Shown: positions 32,113 to 41,196, numbered from the stretch's first letter. The stretch is 52,911 bases of DNA from a bacterium (GCA_041486265.1 JBGPLF010000001.1:1-52911); one strand, 5' to 3'. Translations and numbers: made by a program. Notes: generated from the letters alone by a model not told the origin.

Positions 32113-33684
32113 CTACGGCTTCCACGTGGCGTTGGACGTGTCCCACTTCTCGATCGGAAGCACCCGAACGCCCTCCAGATTCTTGACCGTGGCCACGTAC
32201 CACTTCTGGGTCCAGAGGAAGACCCAGGGCGCATCGTTCCAGATGAGCTGCTGGGCTTCCTTGTAGAGCGCCTTGCGCTTGGCGTCATCGATCGTGCTCC
32301 GGGCGTCGTTCAGGAGCTGATCCACTTTCTCGTTCTTGTAGTATGCGGGCCCCAGGCCCGTTGGCGGGTGCGCGACCGCGGAGTTGAACTGGCCATACAG
32401 GGCCCCGTCACAGTCGAGCACCGGCCAGGCCCACCCCAAGACGATCATCTGGACCCGCGTTCGGTCCGGCGGGGTCAGGATCATCCCGACGTACGATGGC
32501 CAGTCCATGGTGCTGACGTTGGCGCGGATGCCGACATTCTGGAGCTGCGCCGCAGCCGCCTGGGCGAACTGGAAGTCCTGGATGTAGCGGCCGGTCGGCG
32601 CGAAGAAGTTGACCTCGAAACCGTCCTTGTAACCCGCTTCGGCCAGGAGTTGTTTCGCTTTGATGGGATTATACGGCCAGCCGCCCTCTTGCACCGGGGT
32701 GCCGCCGAACATCATCGGCGGGCACGGCGATACCGAGACCGTGCCGAGATCGAACAGGATACTCGAGAGGATCGCCTTCTTGTTGAGCGCGTAGTTCATC
32801 GCCTGCCGCACCCGCACATCCTTAAACGGTCCCCACTGGTTGTTCAGCACCAGGAAGACCGTGCGATCGGTGGCTGCCTCCACCACATTCACACGGGGAT
32901 TCTTGCGCAACCCCTTGACATCGGGCGCCGGAGGGAGCATGGCCATGTGGACGTCTCCGGCCAGCAACTGCGCGAGCCGCGTGCCCGCGTCGGGCACGAC
33001 CCGGAAGAGCACCTCATCGAAGATGGGCTTCTTGCCCCAGTAGTTGGGGTTCCGCTCGACCAGGATGCTCTCGCCGCGCCGCCACTCCTTGAACATGTAC
33101 GGACCCGTCCCGGCGCCGGCGGGCGCCACCGAGAACCGGTCCCCGGCTCGCTGCACGGCCGCCGGCGAGAGCACCCCCGCGGTCGTCGTGCCGAGCCCGC
33201 TCAGGACGAACGGACTGGGCTGGCTCAGGGTCAGGCGGACGCTCAGGTCGCCGGACGTCTCCACGGACTTGATGGGCGCGTAGAGGTACCGGTTGGGGTT
33301 CCGCACCTTTGGGTCGAGCAGCCGCTCGATCGTGAACTTGACTGCCGCGGCATTCATCGGTGTGCCGTCGTGGAACGTGACGCCGCGCCGCAACTGGAAC
33401 GTGATGCTCAGGCCGTCTCGTGAGATCTCCCAGCGCTCGGCCAGTTTCGGTTTGATCTCGCCCGGCGCCGACTCGATATCGACGAGGGTCTCATAGAAGT
33501 AGTCCACCATGTTGTTGACGGTCGTGGTCGTTCCCCCGACCGGGTCGAGCGTGTCGGCGTCGATTCCGACGGCGATGCGCAACTGCTTGGGGACCGCCTG
33601 TGCGCCGGCCGGTGTGCCCTGGACCGAAAACAGGGCGGCCACCAGCGCGAGGACCATCCCCACGCGTGTGAGGCTTTTGATCAC
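32113..33684 (-). CDS. ABC substrate-binding protein, family 5
   Basis: 523 aa with a GTG start after GGAGGGGGG and a signal peptide-like N-terminus. ...ITFQLRRGVTFHDGTPMNAAAVKFTIERL... Confidence 0.9.
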   Translation of the reverse strand: MIKSLTRVGMVLALVAALFSVQGTPAGAQAVPKQLRIAVGIDADTLDPVGGTTTTVNNMVDYFYETLVDIESAPGEIKPKLAERWEISRDGLSITFQLRRGVTFHDGTPMNAAAVKFTIERLLDPKVRNPNRYLYAPIKSVETSGDLSVRLTLSQPSPFVLSGLGTTTAGVLSPAAVQRAGDRFSVAPAGAGTGPYMFKEWRRGESILVERNPNYWGKKPIFDEVLFRVVPDAGTRLAQLLAGDVHMAMLPPAPDVKGLRKNPRVNVVEAATDRTVFLVLNNQWGPFKDVRVRQAMNYALNKKAILSSILFDLGTVSVSPCPPMMFGGTPVQEGGWPYNPIKAKQLLAEAGYKDGFEVNFFAPTGRYIQDFQFAQAAAAQLQNVGIRANVSTMDWPSYVGMILTPPDRTRVQMIVLGWAWPVLDCDGALYGQFNSAVAHPPTGLGPAYYKNEKVDQLLNDARSTIDDAKRKALYKEAQQLIWNDAPWVFLWTQKWYVATVKNLEGVRVLPIEKWDTSNATWKP

Positions 33685-33804
33685 CGAGATCCCCCCTCCA
33701 CGACTTGGATCCTGGTACGGGATGAAGATTGCCTGAACAGTTACGGCACGGCCTGCCGGTTCCCTCTATGTGCGGCTGCCCCGGCCCGCGATCGGGCACA
33801 AACG

Positions 33805-33834
33805 GGCGAGGGCGGTCGCAAGACCGCCCTCGCC
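33805..33834 (-). terminator. hairpin downstream of the cupredoxin gene
   Basis: GGCGAGGGCGGTC - GCAA - GACCGCCCTCGCC: a 13-bp perfect stem with a GNRA-type loop. It lies 28 nt after the stop at 33862. On the minus strand it is followed by CGTTTGTG. Confidence 0.55.
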
Positions 33835-33861
33835 ATCCTCAGGCCCCCCGTCGCTCAGTGT

Positions 33862-34287
33862 CTACGGTGCCCCGATGAAGAACGCGCCGACCATACCATT
33901 GTCGGCGTGGTTGAACAGGTTGCAGATAAAGGCGGCCGAGCCGCGTCCCTTGGCCACGAATTCCACCTCGGCAGTCTTGCCGGCCTCCACGCGCACTCCC
34001 TTGCGGCCCTCGAAGGCCGACTCCGACCCGTCCCCGCGTACCATCACCGGAATGTTCGCCAGCCAGGTTGAGGCGAGATTGTGCGGGCGTCCGCGCTGAT
34101 CCACATTGATCAGCCTGAGGACGACCGTGTCGCCTTCGTTGAACTTGATCTGACTCGGCTCGAACTTGAACGAATCCATCTTGACCTCAATGACGACCTT
34201 CCGGGGCGTCTGCGCGGGCACCGCCGTGGAAAGGCCCAGCGTCAACACCGCGATCAGTACCCCACCCAGCGCCAGTCTGCGCAGCAT
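33862..34287 (-). CDS. cupredoxin (type-1 blue copper protein-like), secreted
   Basis: ATG at 34287 follows GGGAGGGAAG. There is a signal-like N-terminus. The copper ligand pattern is His in RGRPHNL plus C-x4-H-x4-M in FICNLFNHADNGM. Confidence 0.8.
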   Translation of the reverse strand: MLRRLALGGVLIAVLTLGLSTAVPAQTPRKVVIEVKMDSFKFEPSQIKFNEGDTVVLRLINVDQRGRPHNLASTWLANIPVMVRGDGSESAFEGRKGVRVEAGKTAEVEFVAKGRGSAAFICNLFNHADNGMVGAFFIGAP

Positions 34288-34442
34288 ACACTTCCCTCCC
34301 TTGACCTTGGTCGCGGACGAACCGGTATTTCCCTTCTTGGTACCAAGGGATTGTATCAAACGTGTCACGGTCCGGCGAGGATTCCCTGCTCGCGTCTATG
34401 GCGCAGTGGTCACTGGCCCGGGGATCATTAGCGCGGTGGCCA

Positions 34443-35372
34443 CTACGGCGCGACGATCCGGTTCCGCAGGACCCCGATCCCCTCGATCTCGGCCTCCACG
34501 ACGTCGCCCGGTCGCAGCCAGGGCGGCGGCGTGCGGCCCATCGCCACGCCCTCCGGCGTGCCCGTGGCCAGGATGTCGCCGGGTTCAACGGTCATCCCCG
34601 CCGAGAGCGCCGAGAGCAGTTGCGCGACGGTGAAAACCATATCGCTGGTGGACGCGTCCTGTCGCACCTCGCCGTTCACCCGCATCCGCAGCCGCATCTT
34701 CTGGGGATCGGGAATCGCCGAACGGTGGACAACCGCGGGTCCCATTGGCGCGAACGTGTCCAGCGACTTGCCCTTGAACCACTGCTCGTGACGCCGCTGC
34801 AGGTCACGCGCCGTTACGTCGTTCATGATCGTGTAGCCGAACACGTGGTCGAGTGCGCGCTCAACCGGGATATTGCGGCCGCGCTTGCCGATGATGACCG
34901 CGAGTTCGACCTCGTAATCCAGTTGCTGGGTCACGGCATGATGGACAACAAAAGCATCCGGCGCGACCACGCACGTCGGCGGCTTGGTGAAGAACACTGG
35001 GACGGTGGGCACGCTGCCGCCGCTCTCTTTTGCGTGCGCCGCGTAGTTGCGGCCCATGCAGAAGATGTTCTTGCGCGGGCGTGGGATCGGCGCCAGCAGC
35101 CGGACCTTCGAGAGCGGGAGCACGTGCTCGCGCGCCTTGCCGTCTTTCAAGAGCCGCCTGCCGAGGACCAGCGCGGCGCGGGCCTGGGCCAGCGTTCCGC
35201 GCTCGATGAACGACACCAGGTCATCGGGCACGTCAACCGGCGCGGCCCGTCGCTTTCTGCGATCTTTGCTACGGGCGGCGAGCCGGGCGAGCGCCGCCAG
35301 CAGCAACACGTGGTCACCGTCCAGGAGGCCCAGATGCGGCCTCCCGCCGGTCTCCACGGTGACAAATCGCAT
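34443..35372 (-). CDS. fumarylacetoacetate hydrolase (FAH) family protein
   Basis: 309 aa, with ATG after GGAGGTGG. ...IFCMGRNYAAHAKE...LDYEVELAVIIGK...GYTIMNDVTARDLQ...GDILATGTPEGV... is the canonical FAH pattern. Confidence 0.9.
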   Translation of the reverse strand: MRFVTVETGGRPHLGLLDGDHVLLLAALARLAARSKDRRKRRAAPVDVPDDLVSFIERGTLAQARAALVLGRRLLKDGKAREHVLPLSKVRLLAPIPRPRKNIFCMGRNYAAHAKESGGSVPTVPVFFTKPPTCVVAPDAFVVHHAVTQQLDYEVELAVIIGKRGRNIPVERALDHVFGYTIMNDVTARDLQRRHEQWFKGKSLDTFAPMGPAVVHRSAIPDPQKMRLRMRVNGEVRQDASTSDMVFTVAQLLSALSAGMTVEPGDILATGTPEGVAMGRTPPPWLRPGDVVEAEIEGIGVLRNRIVAP

Positions 35373-35517
35373 GCCCCACCTCCGACAGAAGTCCAGCTCG
35401 ACACAGGGTTCACTTTCTCAGTGCATTCTCCTGTTCCCCTGCGCTCCTGCCGCCCGGGCAGGAATTCCGCCGCAGGCAGTCGCATCAGACTCCACAAAGC
35501 CACGGAGGTCCAGACGC

Positions 35518-35847
35518 ATGGAACCCTCGATCTGGGACGCGTTCGAAGTCGTGAAGACCATCGATCGGTCGGCGCAGCAGTTTCACCGGATCCTGGAGCG
35601 GCCGGGTCTGGTCGTCGGCGTGCTCCGCGTGAGGGCCGGTGGCGTGGACACCCAGGGCGCGCACGATGAGGATGAAGTGTACGCCGTCGTCGGCGGGACC
35701 GGGCTCATCCGGCTTGGGGACGTCGATCACCCGGTGGCGCCGGGTTCGGTCGTCTTCGTCCCCAAAGACCTGCCGCACCACTTCCACGGCAACAAGGAAC
35801 TGCTGACCGTCGCCTACATGTTGGTTCCCCCAGTTCAGAGAGGATGA
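35518..35847 (+). CDS. cupin-domain protein
   Basis: ATG at 35518 is 9 nt after GGAGG. ...GAHDEDEVYAVVGGTGLIRLGDVDHPVAPGSVVFVPKDLPHHFHG... is a cupin_2-like two-motif pattern. It ends 6 nt before the CHAT gene. Confidence 0.75.
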   Translation: MEPSIWDAFEVVKTIDRSAQQFHRILERPGLVVGVLRVRAGGVDTQGAHDEDEVYAVVGGTGLIRLGDVDHPVAPGSVVFVPKDLPHHFHGNKELLTVAYMLVPPVQRG

Positions 35848-35853
35848 ACTGAG

Positions 35854-38800
35854 ATGTACACGCACGTCATGCTCCCCGTGAAACCGGCGGTGGCTGCCGT
35901 CCCGGCGCGAATGCCGCTGCGCATCATGCTCGCCTTGCCGGACAACGTGGCGGTGGAAGGCGAGGTGCCGATCTTCAATGTTCCCGGCGCGGTGGCAGCC
36001 CTGCTCGGCCGCTTCGGCTGGGAGCGCGCGGTGAAGATCTTGAGCCCGGTGGTCTGGGCACCCGGGTGGGACGACAGTCAACTTGAAGAATTCGTCAAGG
36101 CGCCCCTCCTGGGCAACCCCTGGCCGTTTCCAGAGGTGTCTGCGCCGAATCTGCGCGCCAGCGAATTTCCCGGCCACGGCGCCCTTGCGGATCTGGGCCA
36201 GCCCGACTATCCGCAGTACGACGTGATCCATGTCGTCGGCCACGTGGAGAGCCCGGCGGGCGACCCTGTGCTGCGTCTTGCGTCGACGGGTCGCGGACTG
36301 CTGCCGTCTGGAATCCTGCGGGATGCGCTGGTGGCTGCCCGGACGCGCCTGCTGATCCTGCATGTCCCGCTGTCGGAGTCCGAGGACGCGGCACGGCTGG
36401 CCCAGCTCGTCGCCGGAGGGGGTGGTCCGGCCGCTCTCTCTGTGGCGGCCGGCTCTATCTTCCAGGTAGGCATAGCCAGCAGCGGCTTCCTGCGTGTTAT
36501 GCACAAGACGCTGCGCCCGCTTCCCCCGGATCCGGAACAGGCAGGCGTTCTCGACGCCTACTTCTTCAATCTCTATGCCAACATCGTGCACAACCTGCCG
36601 CTGCCCCAGGTGATGGCAGCCGAGGGCGGGCAGGAGGCGCGTTTGATGCTCCGCCTGTTCTACGGTGAGTCCGCCGGGGATCTGCTTCAGTTCGACCGCT
36701 GCATGGATGAGCTGCAGGAGCGGTTGGAGAGCATGCGCCAGAACGTCGGTGGCCAGGCGCAGCAGTTTGGTGAGGTCCGGCGCCGGGCGGCGCGTCTGCT
36801 GCCGGTCGAGCATGCGGTGGACCTGGCGGAGGCTGCAAAGACCGGGGAAGACGCCGTCAACGCTCGTGGATTGCTGATCGACGAGCAGGCGCAGACGCTC
36901 GCGAACATCCGCCACATGACATGGCATCACGAGAGCGAGGGCGCCGTCCCCCTCCCGCATATCGCCGACGCGACCGAGATGCTCGAGGCGGCGGAGCAGC
37001 ATGGCCCAGAGCCGGCGCGGCGCGGCCTGAGGGCGGAGCCGCGTGGCCTGGGGGCGGCCCCCTCTCCTCCGGGCGCGGCCCCCGCTCCCCCGGCCGCGGC
37101 TGAACTGGAGCGGGAGCTTGCTGCGCGGGCCGCTCGCGCGCCGCGCGTCCTCAACGCCAACTTCGCCGATCCAGGCGCAGGCTCGGTGCTCAACCCGCGC
37201 CAGGCGCTGGCGGCCGCTCGCGCGTACGACCTGCTGGTAGACATCGGGCCGCGCTGGGATAAACAGAAGAGCCTGGTCACGGGGAACGCCGGCTTTCCCG
37301 AAGAGGCGCTACCGCCCGGCAAGGAGGGCTGGGATGTTCAGGCCGTACTGGTCAGCGACGACTTCACACCCAACCTGGTCTCGGCGCACCTCTGGGTACC
37401 GGCCGGCAGCGGCCGAAGCTTCCCGTTCAACGACGGAGTCCCCGCGCGGGATTCAGGCCCGGTAGCTCTTCGTGTGAACGCACCGGCGTTTCTTGAGAAC
37501 ACCGAGGCGCAGGTCATCGAGGCGCGCGGCCGGTTGCTCCTCTACTACGAGAACAACCTGCTACAGGCGGCGGTCGTCAAGGTGGGCGTCGCGCGCAGCC
37601 CGGACGTCGCGCTGGACAAGGATAACGCGGTAGAGGTGGACTTCGTCCTCAGCGGGACCTTTCAAGATGTGGACCGCCTGACGGCGCGCCGCGTGCAGCT
37701 CGTCTCCGGCGAGGAGTCCGCAGGCCATCGGGTTGCCGTGAATCTCACGCTCAACGACGATGGCGCGGTCGGCCATCGCCTGCTGGTCAAGGATGCTCCG
37801 GACGTGCCGCCGGGCTGGATCGCGTACGATCCGTTTGCGGCCAAGCAGACGCTCGACAACGTGCGCAGGCAACTGGCCGACTGCTTCTGGACCCGAGACG
37901 GGACGAACGGCACCGTCGTCACGGACTGGCGGGGCACGCCGAAAGACGGCCTGAGGCAGAATAACGGCAAGTCCCGCGATCAGTTTCTGGTGGATCTGTC
38001 GGTCCTCGCCCAGGCGGGTGAGCAGCTCTACAACATGATCATCACCCAGGTGAACACGGGCGACGGCGGGGGCGCGTGGAAGCAGTGGGACGAGGCGCTG
38101 CGGAAGGCCCTGGCGACCACGGCCGTGATCCAGGCGGCGCGCACCACGACGGTCCCGCCCTCGTATGTCTTCCCCTGGGCCCTGGTGTACGACTACCCGC
38201 TGCCCGACAAGTCCAGGCTGCGGTGGTGTGATGTCGTCAACGAATGGTCGGACGACGGCGTCCGCACCCTGCCGCCGGAACCCCAGTGTCCATTTCACGA
38301 CAGGGATTGGCATCAGAAGAACGTGCTCTGCCCCTACGGCTTTTGGGGCCTGAAGCACATCATCGAGCAGCCTCCCTCCGGGCTCTGCTCGCGGGACGGC
38401 AGCGTGCAGGTCTGCGATACCGCCAGGAAGGTGCTCATGGGCCCGAAGCTGGCCCTCGCCATCGGCGTCACGAGCGACGCCAGTCTCGATCCCAATGCGA
38501 TTGCGGGCCATCTGGAACGGCTCAGGAACATCCAGGACGTCGCGATCGCGCCGCCCGACCCCGCGGACGACTGGGCGAAGGTCTCTACGGCCCTCCAGGC
38601 TCCGGAGATCGTTTACTTCCTCTGTCATGGTGAATTCGATGCCGGTAAGAACGAGCCGTACCTCGGCGTCGGCCTGCGTGATGACAACCTGGATCACCGG
38701 GTCTATCCGAGCAGCCTGACCGCCTGGGCTCGGACGCAGGACCTCACGGCGTGGGAGAAGCAGCGCCCGCTCGTGTTCATCAACGGCTGTCACACCGCCA

Positions 38801-39072
38801 ACCTCGAGCCGGGCCAGGTGCTGAACTTTGTGACGGTCTTTACGAGATTCTGGGCGGGCGGCGTCGTGGGCACTGAAGTGAGCATCCGGCTGCCTCTCGC
38901 CATCGAGGTCGCCGAGAGGCTGCTGGACAAGATCATCCACCACACCCCCCGCATCCCTGTGGGGCAGGCGGTGCGGGACGTTCGCTGGGAGCTGGCCAAC
39001 AAAGGCAACCTGCTCGGCCTGGCGTACACGCCGTATTGCCTGGCTGACCTCCAGGTCGTACAGGATGGCTAG
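35854..39072 (+). CDS. 1072-aa CHAT-domain protein (C-terminal caspase-like protease; N-terminal Cys-less CHAT-like module)
   Basis: C-terminal dyad: His in EIVYFLCHGE (38626-38628) and Cys in LVFINGCHTA (38788-38790), followed by ...FWAGGVVGTEVSI.... The N-terminal YDVIHVVGHVE...RLLILHVPLS looks like the same fold without the Cys. A Pro/Ala-rich linker sits around aa 385-430. The Arg-rich antisense ORFs 35485-37002 and 37561-39576 are rejected. Confidence 0.8.
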   Translation: MYTHVMLPVKPAVAAVPARMPLRIMLALPDNVAVEGEVPIFNVPGAVAALLGRFGWERAVKILSPVVWAPGWDDSQLEEFVKAPLLGNPWPFPEVSAPNLRASEFPGHGALADLGQPDYPQYDVIHVVGHVESPAGDPVLRLASTGRGLLPSGILRDALVAARTRLLILHVPLSESEDAARLAQLVAGGGGPAALSVAAGSIFQVGIASSGFLRVMHKTLRPLPPDPEQAGVLDAYFFNLYANIVHNLPLPQVMAAEGGQEARLMLRLFYGESAGDLLQFDRCMDELQERLESMRQNVGGQAQQFGEVRRRAARLLPVEHAVDLAEAAKTGEDAVNARGLLIDEQAQTLANIRHMTWHHESEGAVPLPHIADATEMLEAAEQHGPEPARRGLRAEPRGLGAAPSPPGAAPAPPAAAELERELAARAARAPRVLNANFADPGAGSVLNPRQALAAARAYDLLVDIGPRWDKQKSLVTGNAGFPEEALPPGKEGWDVQAVLVSDDFTPNLVSAHLWVPAGSGRSFPFNDGVPARDSGPVALRVNAPAFLENTEAQVIEARGRLLLYYENNLLQAAVVKVGVARSPDVALDKDNAVEVDFVLSGTFQDVDRLTARRVQLVSGEESAGHRVAVNLTLNDDGAVGHRLLVKDAPDVPPGWIAYDPFAAKQTLDNVRRQLADCFWTRDGTNGTVVTDWRGTPKDGLRQNNGKSRDQFLVDLSVLAQAGEQLYNMIITQVNTGDGGGAWKQWDEALRKALATTAVIQAARTTTVPPSYVFPWALVYDYPLPDKSRLRWCDVVNEWSDDGVRTLPPEPQCPFHDRDWHQKNVLCPYGFWGLKHIIEQPPSGLCSRDGSVQVCDTARKVLMGPKLALAIGVTSDASLDPNAIAGHLERLRNIQDVAIAPPDPADDWAKVSTALQAPEIVYFLCHGEFDAGKNEPYLGVGLRDDNLDHRVYPSSLTAWARTQDLTAWEKQRPLVFINGCHTANLEPGQVLNFVTVFTRFWAGGVVGTEVSIRLPLAIEVAERLLDKIIHHTPRIPVGQAVRDVRWELANKGNLLGLAYTPYCLADLQVVQDG

Positions 39073-39110
39073 TAGAACGCTTGCCGGTGCCCGGAGCCCC
39101 GGTGGAAACC

Positions 39111-39449
39111 TCAGCCCGGCCGTGTTGGCCGGGGCGGGATGGGGACGCCGCCGCCGCCCGGGCTCGAGCCTGGCTCCGCGCCCAGCCAGTCCGGCGCACC
39201 AGGCCTGACCGCGACGATCAGGTAGCCGAAGAACCCGACGGCCAGCCCGACGCAGTAGGCTCCGAACGCGCCCGTCTCCTTGGGGAAGAGACCCGTCACC
39301 GTGGCTCCCCCGATCGCCCCGATCACCGTCGTAAGGTCGGTAAGACTGTTGCGCTGGGCGCGGCGCAGTGTCCCATAGGTAATCCAACCCACGACCACGC
39401 CGAACAGCAGCGCGCCAATCAGAGTGACCGCTGCTATGGATCCCGTCAT
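39111..39449 (-). CDS. small integral membrane protein (about 3 TM helices, Gly/Pro-rich tail)
   Basis: 112 aa. The hydrophobic segments are IAAVTLIGALLFGVVVGWI, VIGAIGGATVTGLF and FGAYCVGLAVGFFGYLIVAV. It lies 29 nt downstream of thyX on the same strand. I recognise no family. Confidence 0.55.
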   Translation of the reverse strand: MTGSIAAVTLIGALLFGVVVGWITYGTLRRAQRNSLTDLTTVIGAIGGATVTGLFPKETGAFGAYCVGLAVGFFGYLIVAVRPGAPDWLGAEPGSSPGGGGVPIPPRPTRPG

Positions 39450-39478
39450 CGCGCCTCCTCCTATTGCGGGAATTTGCG

Positions 39479-40990
39479 CTAGCGCGTGCTGGGCGTCGGG
39501 ATCCGCGCCCGGCCCGCGGCGACCTCCGAGAAGAACCGCGCCTCCAGCTCCGCCCCCGTAGGCGGCTCGTAGCCAAACTGGACGTGGGCCACGAGCGCGG
39601 GGTGCACCGCGCGTACCGCTTCGTAGACGAGCATCGCGATCCGCCGGTAGGAGAAGTGCCCGGCCTCGCGTGCGCGCACCGGCACGAGGCTGTAGAGTTC
39701 GCGGAGGTTCATCGTTGCCAGGAAGCGCCGGTTGTGGGCATTCGTCACCAGGTAGGCCGCTTCACGGGGGAAGTCGTGCGCGATGGCGCGCGCGGCATCG
39801 GTTGCCCGGTCGATCGCATCGCGGAACCGATCGCCGAAACCCGCCTCGTCAATCGCCCGCGGGACCGCATACCCAAGCTCCACCGTGGGAGCCTGCGGAC
39901 TCTGCGTCATCATGCGGTGCCGCTTGAGATCGAAGTAGGCGCCCTGGTCGCACACAACGTCGAAGGTATACGATGTGTGCTCCAATTCGCGCAGCGGCGT
40001 GTCGTGTCGCTCCAGGCGTCCGAGCGTCGCTTCGATGACCCTCAATCGCTCAGCCGGGGACATGCCCGAGACCTGCGTCCAGGCCTCTGTGTACGGTACC
40101 CCGCTGTGGCGGTAGAGACTGGCCGCCGCGATCCGCGTCTCCGCGTCGCGGTCGTAGTGGATCAGGCGGACGCTCGTCGTCTCGGCTGTCTCGTCCGGCG
40201 AGCCGGCCTGGCCGATGACTTCGCTGGCCGCGGCTTCCAGCGCGCCGGACGTCTCCATGAGATAGCGGTTCGGGTTGGCGTACTTGACCAGCGTCGGGAC
40301 CTCGGTCTGCGCCACCTGCTTGATCTCCATCCCGATCGTGCGAACCTCATCGAGCGGATGTGAGAGCATCTTGGTGATCGCGTGCTCAAGGGCCCGCGCG
40401 TTCGCGGTCATCCCGACGTTGGCCACCGTTGCGCACGGCAGCAGGAACCGGCAGACGTCGACGTACTTCGAGCGGAGCCGCGATGCGTGGGCCCGCTCGA
40501 CCTCGTCCCCCCGGCGCGGGTACCAGGCTTCGATCACCCGGCGCACCGGCTCGAGGCTGGCATGATAGGTCTCGAAGAGTAGCCGGCAGGTGGCCACGTA
40601 TCGGTCGGCGTGGACCGATGCCGCGATCGCCTCGGGGACGTAGAAGGTGTCGAAGATCTGATACCGGGTGGACTTCTCCGTGTACGAGCAGAGGCGGTTG
40701 CTCTCGAGGCATTCAATCGCCAAACGCGACAGATTCTCCAAGGCCAGGTGCAGGACGGCATGTTCAGCCACCGAGGCGTGGCCGTAACCCAACACCCACT
40801 TCTCATGGAACTCGCTGGACTGCGCCTCGCTGAGTTCGGCCGCGATCTCCCGGAACGGCTTGGGGCTTCGCGAGGTCTTGGCGAAGGCCACGGCTATAAC
40901 CTCAGGGGGAAGGAGCCTGGGGCTAAGGAGGTAGATGTCGCGAAGTCGCTGCGATGGAGTTCCGTCTACGGAGGCGAACTGTGGGTGCAT
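39479..40990 (-). CDS. thyX: tandem-domain FAD-dependent thymidylate synthase ThyX-like protein
   Basis: ATG at 40990 follows GGGGGAAGG. The first half has GHASVAEH and SNRLCSYTEKSTRY (40661-40702), so the SxxxxSxRY part is kept and RHR is degenerate. The second half has FDLKRHRMM (RHR at 39914-39922) without SxRY. Confidence 0.75.
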   Translation of the reverse strand: MHPQFASVDGTPSQRLRDIYLLSPRLLPPEVIAVAFAKTSRSPKPFREIAAELSEAQSSEFHEKWVLGYGHASVAEHAVLHLALENLSRLAIECLESNRLCSYTEKSTRYQIFDTFYVPEAIAASVHADRYVATCRLLFETYHASLEPVRRVIEAWYPRRGDEVERAHASRLRSKYVDVCRFLLPCATVANVGMTANARALEHAITKMLSHPLDEVRTIGMEIKQVAQTEVPTLVKYANPNRYLMETSGALEAAASEVIGQAGSPDETAETTSVRLIHYDRDAETRIAAASLYRHSGVPYTEAWTQVSGMSPAERLRVIEATLGRLERHDTPLRELEHTSYTFDVVCDQGAYFDLKRHRMMTQSPQAPTVELGYAVPRAIDEAGFGDRFRDAIDRATDAARAIAHDFPREAAYLVTNAHNRRFLATMNLRELYSLVPVRAREAGHFSYRRIAMLVYEAVRAVHPALVAHVQFGYEPPTGAELEARFFSEVAAGRARIPTPSTR

Positions 40991-41196
40991 AGCCTTCCCC
41001 CTGGGGTCTCCCACTGATTCCGCATGGACCGGCGAACTCCTGCTCGGTTTCTCAGCATCTTGTGGCGGTGACTCGATCGTTCCTCAAGATGTCGTAGGGG
41101 GCGACCGAGGATCGCCCCCTGGCCGCGGCGGGCGGTGCGCCCCCGGCGCGCGTCCCGCGGGCAGGAGACCGCCGTCCCCGCGGCCAAGAGCACCGC

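Noticed and set aside
21532-33423. Long antisense ORFs opposite the three binding-protein genes (21532-22830, 25915-27156, 32062-33423), plus others opposite the permeases and nuoG (50157-51227)
   Set aside because: The reasoning is the same. The sense strands encode unmistakable ABC and Nuo proteins, and the antisense translations are compositionally aberrant.
35485-39576. Two long minus-strand ORFs (35485-37002, 505 aa; 37561-39576, 671 aa) opposite the cupin/CHAT genes
   Set aside because: They have Arg/His/Asp-rich low-complexity composition and no motifs. The plus strand carries the cupin and CHAT signatures with proper RBS-start geometry.
41097-41119. 8-bp GC hairpin (GGGGGCGA-CCGAGGA-TCGCCCCC) between divergent thyX and the Nudix gene
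   Set aside because: It lies in a divergent promoter region where a terminator makes no sense. It has no flanking conservation cues or riboswitch-like architecture that I can recognise. It is probably incidental in GC-rich DNA.
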